Both the position numbers and the translations under genes were made by a program. A stretch of 64,000 bases of DNA from Lingula anatina. Its lineage: Eukaryota; Animalia; Brachiopoda. How positions within the stretch are numbered: position 1 is the stretch's first letter; every line of letters begins with the position of its first letter. The stretch spans positions 32,990,401 through 33,054,400 of the forward strand of contig CM120641.1 in assembly GCA_051362555.1 (NCBI GenBank). The letters run 5' to 3'. Positions 52,540 through 64,000 of the stretch are shown here, in pieces. Below the pieces are notes generated by a model. It searched no databases. It was given only the letters and a program-made list of their open reading frames with translations, and was not told the DNA's origin.

Positions 52540-55500
52540 TTATAGTGCAGTAAAAGATTCTTGCAAGGGTTTGCCATTGCTGGAGGTTTGCGGTGGAGGC
52601 ACGTCTCCATAGTCAAGAGTTTCTCTAGGAATCTCGTAGTAGCCTGCAGATATAGGCCCAGTTTCTGTGCTGGGCTTCTTGGCAGCAGACCATGTTTTAG
52701 TATCAAAGCTGCTAATGGGAGGATGATCATAGCCTGGATGCCATGTGTTTGTGTTGTCGGGGAAGCCCCATTTCTCAAAGTTGTCGAGATCATCAGGGGG
52801 TGGGGGGAAGTAGTCTGGGGGAGTGGCTGCTGATGCGGCTTTGAAGGAGTCCATGGATGCTTGTCTTGGATATGTGTGCTGAGAGTGCTCACTGGGCTGT
52901 ATGTGAGAGCTGACTGTGGTGCTGGCTATGGTACTGTCTTCAGCACTCATATTGTACATGCTATTGGGATGTTGGAAATACTCCTCCGCATTCATCCTCC
53001 TCAACAAGTAGTTTACTTTGTCCAGGTCTTCGTAATGGCTGGCAGCATCGTCGGGCATGTGTTCGGCATTAAGGACACTAAATGACATACGGTGTTCCTC
53101 AGAGGATGGCGACTTGGTATTTCTCCGCCATCTTTGCAATACCACGATAATGACTACAATGGTGATTAGAAAGAACAGCAAGTTCCCTGCCACAACTCCT
53201 ATGATTATCATGGTGGACAAGGCTGAAAATAGTAGATGGTACAACACATTTGATTTTCATACATAAAGCTTCTCTTTGGAAATTGAGAAAAGTAGGCCTA
53301 CAATTATAATACATTTGGAACTAAACAACCACACAAGTTTTACATAACAACATTGTACTACAAAAGAAAAGACCTAATAAGGTGTAGTCTGCAGTCTAGC
53401 TGACTAGACAAACAGTATTCAATAATACTTACGTTCAGCTCTGGCCGTGATACGCTGCTGCCCATTGTACCCTGTGGTGGTGTTGTGCTTTGTTGTACCC
53501 TCATTGCTATCAGTGCTACTGGGGCCTCTCTCACCTAACACAATTGTGGCATCTGTCACAGCTACAGCAATTGTGGACTGTGATATGAGCTCACTGCGGG
53601 CTGTGCTGCTGGAAGTTCCCTGGGTCGCAGCTGTGGTTGGTGTTGGAATATTAAAAGTGACAATCACAATAGTTGTGTCTGCTTTTGTGCTATTTGTGTC
53701 CCCTTCAGATACCTTGAAAAATAAAAAAAATAATGAATGACAAACTTTTAGTAAAAATGAAATATGCCATAAAAATAGCTGGCAAACAATATATGTAAAA
53801 TGTGAGGATTTGCAGATAAGCACGTGTCTTCAGCAGCAGAGTCATAAGTGTATTCAGTGTGTTTAAAATGACATCAATAGGTTTAAAGAGATCAGTTAAT
53901 GTATACCTAACATTACTTTCCTGAAATCTTATTATCGAATGCTTACTTTGAGTACAAGGGTAGCCTGAGAATACAGAATATCTCCCAGAGAGGAATTGAG
54001 TGTCAGTTGACCAGAGGTGACATCAATTTTGAAGGCCTCTTGGAGGTCTGCTGGTACCACTGAAACAGAAAGAATGTGAGACAATAATTTATAAAGGTGT
54101 CACTTCCAAGATTATCATAAAATACTGAATAATAGATATATTTTTTGTATCGACTTGGAAGTTTCAAGGTAAAAAGCACTGGTATATCATTCAAACTACA
54201 CAGAGAGTCAACTTACCTGTATCAATACTATATTTTAATTGAGTGCCAACTGACCCATCTGGATTGGCTGCACTTATGCTTTCTGGCTGTATAGAAACAA
54301 CAGAAGGGCCCTGGCAAAAATAATAAAACGTGAATCATCTCCATTTCAGTGGTTTAAACCAAAAGTAAGTTAATTCATTCTTAGCTAGAAAATCCTTTTG
54401 CTACATTCTCAATTTACAATGAAAATTTAATGTATGAGATGTTCATCATCAGCTTGAGCAATTTTAACTATTGCAACACAGATTGCTCAGATTGCAGCTG
54501 ATGCAAAGACCATGACCCTGGTTAAAATGTAATAATGGCTGGTTAAAGGTTTTTTGGCACTCGCAACAACACCACTGATGTATACTTCTCTATATTCTTC
54601 TGTTATTACTTTTCTATCTGCCATCTAAATTTCATTTTCTTAATTTTTACTAAAACATTTTTTTCTTTATTAATAATTTTTTTCACTCTGGCAGCTTGTT
54701 GCCCTCTTTACTGTGGCAGCCTAAACACTTGCTTAGTCTCTGTAAACTTATATCCAATGCTGGAAAATTAAAATTTTTTACTTCTACCAGTGAAATCAAA
54801 TTGATAATACCAGAAGCACTTACATCATTTTCTACTGTTGCTGTGTATAATTTTCTGGCGAAAACTGGATGCTTGCCTTTGGTTTTTGTGACAGTAATTG
54901 TCAAAGTACCAATAGAGCTGAGAGCACCAGCCTGCCCAAGATTGTCCTGGAAATCAAAGTAAAAACAAATAAATGGTAGAAAACAATGAAATATAAGGAC
55001 AAATCTGATAAAGTTATACTAAAGTTTTGTGTACCAGAAATCAGAAATACAATCTTGGAACTTACTGCAACTTCGAGTACACAGGTAAAGGACGTGGATC
55101 CCCCATAGGAATTTAGTTCCTTGGTAGTCATGATAATACCAGAAGTGTTATCCAGCAGGCCAAAGTAACCTTCCCCATTACTCTGCAGTCAAAAAATGAA
55201 AAAATAAATTAATTGAATCAAAAGCATGAAACTTTTTAAATTCAAATCCAAATAATCATCATTGCTGGTTATTACATGCATACCTGTTGAGCAGTAGCTT
55301 TTAATTCTATTGAATTAGAAGATAAAATGTTGTGATGATTATATTTGATTTGTGTTTGGCAGTATTGAATTTGACTAAATTACATAATTTTCCAGGTGTA
55401 ATTTACCCACCAGCAGTCTGTAGCTGAGAGGAGTTCTACTCTGATCTGGATCCATGACTTTGTCTCCAAAGTTGAAGACAAATGTTCGAGGAACAGTACC

Positions 55501-58500
55501 CTAGAAAATGAAATAAAAAACATTAATTTTCAAGTATTAAAAAAATGAAAGAAAGAGGAAAAATTCTTCCAAGAACAGTTCCACAGAAAGATGGAATTAA
55601 AAACAATTTTCCAAATGTGACAATTTTTATTGCATGATATATATAACTAACAATATCTTGTCTCTTATTACATCACATAACTACCTGTACATGTATTATG
55701 CATGAAAGCCTCAAATCCTGGTTGTCATAAAGAAACCAAGCTGACAAGGTACTACTTAAAAGGTTTTTTTATATTTTCAATTTCTATTTATGTTCCTTGA
55801 AAGGAGCTATTAACCTACCTCCTCCATGCTAATATTGTAGGAGTCTTTGGTAAATTTTGGTGGTGCTTCATTCACATCATTGATGTTAAAAGTTACATCT
55901 GTAATCTAAATTTAAAATAGAATTCATATATTTATAGTTTTCATTTCATATGCTGATTCACTCAGTTTTGACCTAAAATGCTGAGCAGATAACTTTAATT
56001 AAAAAGACAATGTATCCCAAGGCCTATATTTTTTTTTTAAATTTGCTTGGAATTTGAAAAAAAAAAATTATTTTGACCAAAAAGTTACATGTACTAAAAA
56101 AAAATATTCCAGTAAGTTGTATTGTTTAAGTACATTATGTGTCAACAGAGATTATAAGCCAATTATATCCAGATAACTTACACTGTCCACAGAACCAGTG
56201 AAGCCAGACACTGAACACGTGGAAAATAGTTTGTACTGTAGGGATGACTGAAATATGAAACAATATTTAGTAAGACGTTTTGTTCAATATCTAAATTAGT
56301 GATTCCTTTTCAAACAAAAATAGTTTTAAAAAGAACATACAAAATATTAGGTTTAATAGAATCACTTACTAGTAATATAGTAAATATATGTGATATAAAA
56401 AAGATACATGATGATGATTTTTAGCATGATCACTTACTGGAAAAGTATCATCATTGTTTTTGTCAAGTGGATTTTTCAGAATTAATCTCCATTGCGTTGT
56501 GTTTAGGGTAACATATTCTGCATCAGGGGGAATCACAGCTTGTAACTGATTTACTGTGACATTGATCACACCAGCTGAAGGTCTTATTTGAGCTAACACA
56601 GAACCTGGGGCAAAAATAAGAAGCATGGGGTTTAAAACCATAAAACTTCATATTTGATAGAGTGTATTAAAAAATTCCACAAAATGAGTATACTATTACA
56701 TATAATTTACATTCATGGTAAATTTTCTTGCCTTTCTTATGACAATTTTTTTTTTTGTAAAAATCCAAGAGAAAAGATAATTATACCATAGTTTCAAAGC
56801 ACTGAAAACTGTTAACTACTCACCTTAGTATTTAAGTCATATTTATTATAAAATTAAATGTTTTCTTTAACATAGTGATATTTTGATTTACTGAAGATTT
56901 GAAATCTTGACTTTGTAATAAATTTCGCAATTTAAACACTTATCACTATTTTTTACCTGTGGCCATATTTTCTGGCAAATCAACAGAGTGCACAGTTTGT
57001 GAAGTCCTGCTTACTCCTTGGCTAATCACTTCTATACACTGCAGTTGAGAAGCTACAACCCAAGAGGAAAAAAATAAGTCTTACAACCCTCAATAATTTA
57101 ACTAATCAGAAAAGAGAGTCATTAATGCCTAATCACTACAATAAAAATGATTTAAGAATGAAACTTAAATAAATTATGTTTGATCCAGTGGGCCACTCCC
57201 CCCTCCCCCCAGCTCCAAAAATACCCCTTTTTCTTCTCCCTTCCTTGGATATATGTCAATGCCAAGCAATTTTTCTATCCGTGGACCCAACGTTACAGCG
57301 AAATTGTCCTCATCTACCATTTTCACTACTGGTGAGCTAAGTGAGGCAAAAAAGTTAACTTTATATCCTTGTACACCTCCTTCTCCCTTAGCAAAATCAA
57401 AACAAAGAGAAAAGTTTCTTTTCCTGACCTATGCTCTGTGGCAGAGGAGGTAATGTAGTTGTCACTGTTGTAGAAGGCTGCGTGGTGGGTGGTACTGTTG
57501 ATGTGGTAGACGATGTTGATGTTGATGTTGATGCAGCAGTGGTAGTCTCCGTCTGGTTGACAGTGATCACCAACACTGCAAGTGCCTGCCTGGTGACTGG
57601 GTTGTCTAATTGGTAAGCCTGGAGATGGGGAACAAAATTTTATGTAATGCATAGGGAAAATATATCAGTATGCACAGCTCTTCATGATACACTGACAGAG
57701 GGAACCTTAAAATTAAGGTGAATTTCTTTCTTTCTTTTTCTTTTGCTGAAAAAATGAAAATATTTCATTATTTCTAAGACAGCTTCATGTAATTTACTTT
57801 TTGCACACTTAAAAGAGAAAAGAGAAACTTACCCCCAGTGTAAGGGTGACTTGAGAAGCTCCAGTAAGTGGCCTTGCTATACCAATAGTGCCAGTGATGT
57901 CATCTATCAAAAAGTTGCTGGAATACTCAGTTGGGTGCACTGAAATAAGAAAACAAAATGCTTCTATAAGATTTCCATTGCTTTCTTCATAAGGCCACAC
58001 TTTTTTATTTTTATGGATGACATCCTCTGGTGACCCCGAAATCGGTGCGAGAGGGCGAAAAAAAAAAAAGAGTCCGAAAAAAAAAATGCTGCTTAAGTAA
58101 AGGAATGCTGTCAGTACTCAGCTGGAAACACAAATTTACCACAGAAACACGTATCAAACTAACAATATGTCTTTATCCATGCTCTCAAAATATTAAAGCA
58201 TTGTGAATACTTCGTAGAGAGGTAAAAAAGTCATGAACAGACAGGCCCGTAGCCAGGGGGTTTGAAAGAACCACCCCTTTTGCTGGGAAAAGGTCCACTC
58301 TGGGTAAAATTTGATCTAGATACATTAAGTTTTTAAGGAAAATGGTCCACTTTTAAAAAAAAAGAACCCCCCCTTTTGAAATTGCTGGCTACTGGCCTGA
58401 TAGACATGCTGCATATTACCCAATCTATTTAAGGTTATTTCATGCATTTTGTTGGTATAACAATCAATAAAACAAATATCAAACAAACAGCATGTCTTTA

Positions 58501-61500
58501 TTTGTACTCTCAGAATATTAAAGCATTATGAACACTACACAGAAATGTTACAAAATGATGTAAAGATATGCTTAATACTACCAAATCTATAAAAGGTCAT
58601 TTCGGTCGATGCCATTTGGTCTACTTCGACTCACACGAAGCAGCCAAACTGTCGGGTGGCCTGACCGACCCACAGCCCACCAAATACCTCGACACCCTGT
58701 CAACCCTTTTTTCGCTACAAAAAACCTGGTATGTGCTGCTTTGGACAGGATGTCACTGAAATTTTCCGGGCGATAATTGCTGGCCGCCGCCAGCCTTTCG
58801 CATAATTGTAAAAAAGTGGATATCTCCATGCCCAATATCAATGGCATAACAATCCAAAACGACGGCTCCGTTCTCTCTATGACTTTATATAATTAATTTT
58901 CCTGTAATTTGAAAGTAATCCTAGAGATGAATTTGATGGCAAAGCGGCCATATTTCCACGTGGCAGTAATACGCATGCGCAGAAAGCTCATTTTCCGGCA
59001 AATTCAATAACGACGTTTGCGACAACCGACTTCGATGGGGGGGGGGGGGGGGGGGGGTGGAAGGGAGGGGGGATTTTTTTTTTTTTTTTTTGAGAACGGA
59101 CGAAAATCGGTGCGCGTGCAGGATGTCATCCATAAAAATAAAAAAGTGTGGTCTAATCAATGTATAATATAAACATTTTTGTATTTAAAAAGTTCTTTTT
59201 TAAAGTTTCCTATTAAGCTGTTTGAGTAATGGAATGATAAAAAGTGAAACTAGTCACTAGAATATTTCGACTCTGCTATTAACATTTGTCATATGCTACA
59301 ATAATATTTTCTCCAGTTCAGTGTTAACTATTTCAGAGCAGTTTTCTCACCTGACTTGATCTGGTACCTGACAGCAGTGTTAATCTGCAGGTCCTGGTCA
59401 TAGGCATGAATGGGAGCTGGAGATGTGGTTACCACACCAGTTTCCTGGAATATGTAATTTTACTGTCAGTTATATATGACTTCTACTTTACAGGTGCAGA
59501 TCCAGAGATGTTTTCTGACAGTCTTCCAAATTATCTTTCTTAATCCATCCTCCATTTTTGACCGTCTTCCGACAGAAAATATTAGATACCCGTCAATGTA
59601 AACTTGAAAATCTGACTGTCTTCCGGAAGACCCAGAAGATGCCCTAAATCCGCCCCTGCTTTAGACAACTGAGGTTTATCGGCTCACATACATAACTATA
59701 GAATTCAAACTGATACATTTTAGAGGAGAAAAAGGTCACTTAGTTACAATTACATCTTATAAAATTACAATAAGCTAGCTGTCAAGCCACAATCATCATA
59801 ATGCAAATCCAGAAAAAAAAGGGTGCCGTTTATATGGTATAGCACCAGTAGCTGAAAAAGATTCCAGCTCAACATCAAAGAATTTCTGTACTATTGATAT
59901 CAAAAGTCAATTTAAAAGCAATTGATAAATGTTTGACATTCCAAAATGTCCAAAAATAGGAGTACTCAAGGTAAGACTCTGGGCCTAAAATGAAGTTTAA
60001 TGTTGGAGAATATCAAGTGTAGTTTTGCAGCAAGATCTTGCCCTCTAACCTTATCAGTGACAGAGGCAGTGTAGGCATTCTGAGTGAAGGCTGGGTTCAT
60101 GTTATCCTTGTCTTCCAACCTGATCACAACAGTGGCAGAGGAAGAGAGGGGCTGCTGGCCATAGGCTGGATCATCCTGGAAGTAAAGATAACATCAGCAA
60201 AGCTGCCTTTGTGTCCATCTTGTCATGACTTGAAGAATGTTTTAGATAAGCATCATCAAGGAGGCACATTATACCTTTGTACCTAGGTGACCATCAGATA
60301 TTATCCAAGGGATCACAATCTTTTAATTGCAGACTAAATATGTCTTGAACACACTGTTGACTTTATGAATAAAATAAAACTGTAGAATGCAGTGTTCTCT
60401 TTGAAGACAAAACTAAAGTTCTGTCTCTAGGATTGGTTAAGGTATGGCATTAATTAATTCAAAAGTAAGTGTAAAATGAAACCAATGTTGTATGCTAATA
60501 ATATACTTCCTATTTCAGATGATAAGCTGCATTCACCCACCCATGACTCAGGGGAAGGCCACATACAAATAAAGTGTGTGTGTGTGTGTTCTATACGAAA
60601 AGCAAGAAAGGATGGCCTTTTGGTGTCTGCCTTTTAACTTATTATTTTTTCTTTTCTTTTCTTTTACTTTTCTTTTTTTTCTTTTTTTTTTTTTTTTGTT
60701 AAATAATTTTTTTTCTGTCAACTCACCACAGCTTTCACAAGGATGCTGTAGGTCCCCGGACCTTTGCTATAGTCCAGCTCCTGGACAACAGTCACCATTC
60801 CTGCTGTTGGGGCAGGTATGGCAAAGTGACCACTGTTTGAATCCTTAAAATGAAATTAAATTATTAAGATTACAGTGACCAACAGATTGTGTAGGTACAG
60901 TCAAACGTCAGAATAAAATATTTATATTGTCATAGAATATTATGATATCATTCTATCAGATTAAAAAAAAAAATGCATAAAATAAAAACAAACAATGTTT
61001 TTATTTGAATGAAAATAACACATAATATATAAGTATACATAAAATGCATAGTTATTTTATACATACTGTGATATAGAAGCGCACATTTCCTCCAGTTTTA
61101 TCAGGATCATTTACTTTTTCCTTGAGGTTCATAATTGTGGTACCCACGGGAGATAACTGCAAGCACATAGTGAAATAACTCTAAATGATGGCATCTCCAA
61201 TACATGATTTATTCTTCAAATATCCATAAAAGTAGGCAAAAATTAATACATTTTTGAATGCATGAACTAAATGCAGTTAAGAATGGCTACCAAATTACTA
61301 TGGACCAGTCCAACTTCAACTTAGAGGTAAGTCTTGTTTAACACTTAATCCTATTTATTTCATTTAATTTCACTATAAATTATCATTGTGCTCTAGGACA
61401 ATCTACAAGCAGTCATTCTGTTGTCTGTCATGCTATGCAAGATATGATAACTAGACCTACCTCGGAGATACTGAGGAAGTATTTGGAAGCTGAGAAGACA

Positions 61501-63891
61501 GGGGGGCTTTCATTTACATCCACTACATTCACTATCACATCAGCAGCCTGCAAGGTGGTAAATGTAACTTATACAGATATTGAATTTGAATACCTGGCCC
61601 GGAGTCCACAACTACATACTATTTTGATTAAAGAATCATTTTTCTGATATTCAGATTTCACAGTTAACAGAAGCATGCAATATTTTAAAAATACATTATT
61701 ACCAAAAAGAAAATACAAGGATGACCCATTGGATATCATCAAGATGCCATGTACATCAGAGAAAATGAGTTCCATCAATTTTATGTGAATTAGATGAAGA
61801 ACTTCTGGTGGAGAGAAAACAGCAGAAAAGAGAGAGAGAGTGATATTTTTTGTAAGTCTTTATGACTATATGTGATAAACTGTACCTGCTGCACTCTAAT
61901 CTGCGCACCACTATAACCCACTGTGGTACAGCTACTCTGGATAGTGTATCTCAACGTGTCCTGGTAACAAGAAAAAAAAAACGAGTTCTAAGTTATATCT
62001 TTTAAAATTCATATGTCTAATTTCATATTTTTCGGTATGTGACATTTTTAAAAGAGTCCATTTTTATTGTTTTGTAAATAAAATATGTTTAAAATAATAT
62101 GGGTTAAAAGCAATTTTGATATGTTTATGAGCAGACCTGCTACTGTCTCTGCTATAAGCAAAATAAATTGTTTGCAACACAAGGCTCCTCTCTTAGCAAA
62201 TAATCTCTTTTATCTTCACATGAAGCTGAAATACAATCATTTGGCAAATAACCAATGTTGCTTATGAGTTAAACTTATATTTTTTTTTACTTTTTTCTGG
62301 GAGGGGGGAGATGGGGAGAAGACTTAAGAATAAAGCCTCACAATGTATAGCTCACCGGATAACTGTCATCATTATTGGGATCCAATGGTTGCTTTAGCAC
62401 CAGCCCTCTGTTTAAACTCTCCAGAGTGACCAGTCCACTAGGAGTATTCCCCACTGGTGACATTCCATCCAACTGGACATTGAAGGCTGTTGATGAAGGC
62501 TGGAATCTCACTAACACAGCACCTTGAATGTATAATGGTCATGGTTGGTGCTGTTGTTTCGATAGTCAGGGGTTATTCCACATTATTTTTTCTCATTGAC
62601 TTCTTTTCCCTTTCCACTGTGGAACAGCCTGTTACATTAATCTAACATTATATCACTTATATGCTATTTCTTAAATGTCAACCTCTCCATAGAAATAAAA
62701 TGTAATAGATATTTAAAACAAAATCTATAGAATTTTACTGGATGATTAAATGAAAAAAAAATCATTTTCATTCTTGGTTGGGCAAAAAGTCTTATTTATG
62801 TTGCTAACATTTCAATGATTGCAATACTAGTTGTCTTGTAGACTGCAATAAGTAAATCTATAACAAGAATGGTGGGTTCTTAGAGCAGAAAATTTGTACA
62901 GCTGTCAATCACAATTGGTACCATCAGGTACTTTTACACCAGTAAATTCATCTTTAAACATATAACATCATGTCATCTTCATTTTGGGGCCGTAGCGATA
63001 GTCCGAAGGTTCAATAGTCCGAAGGTTCATTGGTCCGAATGTTCACTATAGAACCTTCGGACCAATGAACCCTTGATTAAAAAATCGATAAAAATGTTAC
63101 CACTTTTCGGACCAATGAACCTTCGGACCAATGAACCTTCGGACTATCGAGACGCCCCCTTCATTTTACAACTATGATGCATTTGGTCAGGTTAAGTAAT
63201 TTTTCTCTTTCTTAACTAGATAGAAAAAGTAGATGCCAAAAGTGAAAGCTGATTTTGCATACAAATTAAGGTCTCGGCCCTCCTTGTGCCTGGTGCCAAA
63301 ACTGAGTGGAAGCCTCCATTTCTCAATCTCAGAACCCATTTATTTCTCATAAACCCTACCACAGATCAATTGAGGTGAATAAGGACACAAAATCCACATT
63401 AAAGTAAATATGAATTGTCTTACAAAACAATATACATTGACAGATAAGCTAAATTACTCATTATAATGAGATAATAAATGAGTTGATGAGCTGAGTTAAC
63501 TGCTGTGAACTCAGGTGAGTTATCCTGTGACCTGATTAATCATCTCTCCCCTTGACTAAATGTCAGTTCCGGCAAAGCCACTAAGTATCTTTTAAAATTG
63601 TTAAAACAAACTGTTTTAGATTGATGTGAGTTTATCAATCCAGGTAGATTTATCAATAACTTCAGTAGGTTAAACTTTATAAACTATGGACAAAAACCAA
63701 AATCATCCAGTGTAAACAGTGTTTAATTCTTACAACACCAATTTTGATACATGATAGTGACCACGCAACACAGTTTTCTCACCTATCTTGTGGTAATGGT
63801 AATTAAATTTACTCACCAACCCTTGAATTTTCAGGGACCTGTTCAACTCCAAGTTCTGGTCTTGAGTACATGACCTCAATGCACTGACCAT
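52540..63891 (-). CDS. Cadherin-related single-pass membrane protein with Thr/Ser-rich linkers (PCDH15/Cad99C/CDHR-like); 5' end beyond the window
   Basis: Exons 5'->3': 63817-63891, 62356-62522, 61886-61960, 61461-61547, 61067-61156, 60727-60843, 60050-60175, 59351-59444, 57833-57939, 57429-57618, 56957-57052, 56438-56604, 56182-56247, 55819-55905, 55411-55500, 55066-55182, 54824-54946, 54217-54310, 53947-54059, 53433-53712, 52540-53222. Cadherin motifs PE, LD, DVNESPPVF, DPD, EDKDNMNPAF, PIHAYDQD are present. TM segment IIIGVVAGNLLFFLITIVVIIVVL; the tail ends in -FTAL*. Confidence 0.9.
57993..59153. mobile_element. Non-autonomous TIR transposon (PIF-Harbinger/Zator-like, TAA TSD) in a cadherin intron
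   Basis: 34-bp TIR GGCCACACTTTTTTATTTTTATGGATGACATCCT (33/34 match), flanked by TAA on both sides. Confidence 0.85.
58242..58399. mobile_element. Nested MITE
   Basis: TIR CAGGCCCGTAGCCAG / CTGGCTACTGGCCTG, with 5-bp flanks ACAGA and ATAGA. Confidence 0.7.
59491..59658. mobile_element. MITE with 5-bp TSD
   Basis: CAGGTGCAGAT...ATCCGCCCCTG, flanked by CTTTA on both sides. A related degenerate copy lies at ~24393-24555. Confidence 0.75.
62986..63158. mobile_element. MULE-like foldback MITE with 16-bp subterminal repeats and 9-bp TSD
   Basis: GGGG...CCCC ends, repeated (T/A)GTCCGAAGGTTCA units in both orientations, and CTTCATTTT on both sides. Confidence 0.8.
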
Positions 63892-64000
63892 CTGAAACCC
63901 CCAAAAAAGTGTAACTTCTTAAATTTGATAACATAACCAGTTTTCTTTTACACTATGTATACAATTACAGTGTTTGTGCAGTGAGTTTCCCTTGTAGTAA

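Noticed and set aside
52497-53740. Alternative-frame and plus-strand ORFs over the cadherin 3' exons
   Set aside because: Shadows of the real minus-strand CDS.

Overview
AT-rich eukaryotic (invertebrate, probably lophotrochozoan/mollusc-like) genomic DNA with spliced genes; most ORF-track entries are spurious or exon fragments. From left to right: the 5' part of a LINE ORF1-like ORF (-), a complete MOK kinase gene (+, 1554-20348, ~471 aa), a ~22 kb accessory block (23692-46012), a complete GHITM gene (+, 46572-51186, 339 aa), and a convergent cadherin-related gene (-, 52540 to >63891). MOK has two mutually exclusive 79-nt exons flanked by a docking site and two competing selector sequences. 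The accessory block is bounded by ~2 kb inverted arms that both end in TTAA. It holds a 5'-truncated, intron-retaining MOV10 remnant and a TATA-led, multi-exon, apparently non-coding unit built from tandem-repeat domains (132-bp exon+intron units, 52-bp and 70-bp repeats). The cadherin ectodomain is a duplicated 10-exon module. MITEs, a Helitron-like element and a CR1/L2 fragment are also present. All coordinates and translations were read by hand, and no database searches were run.
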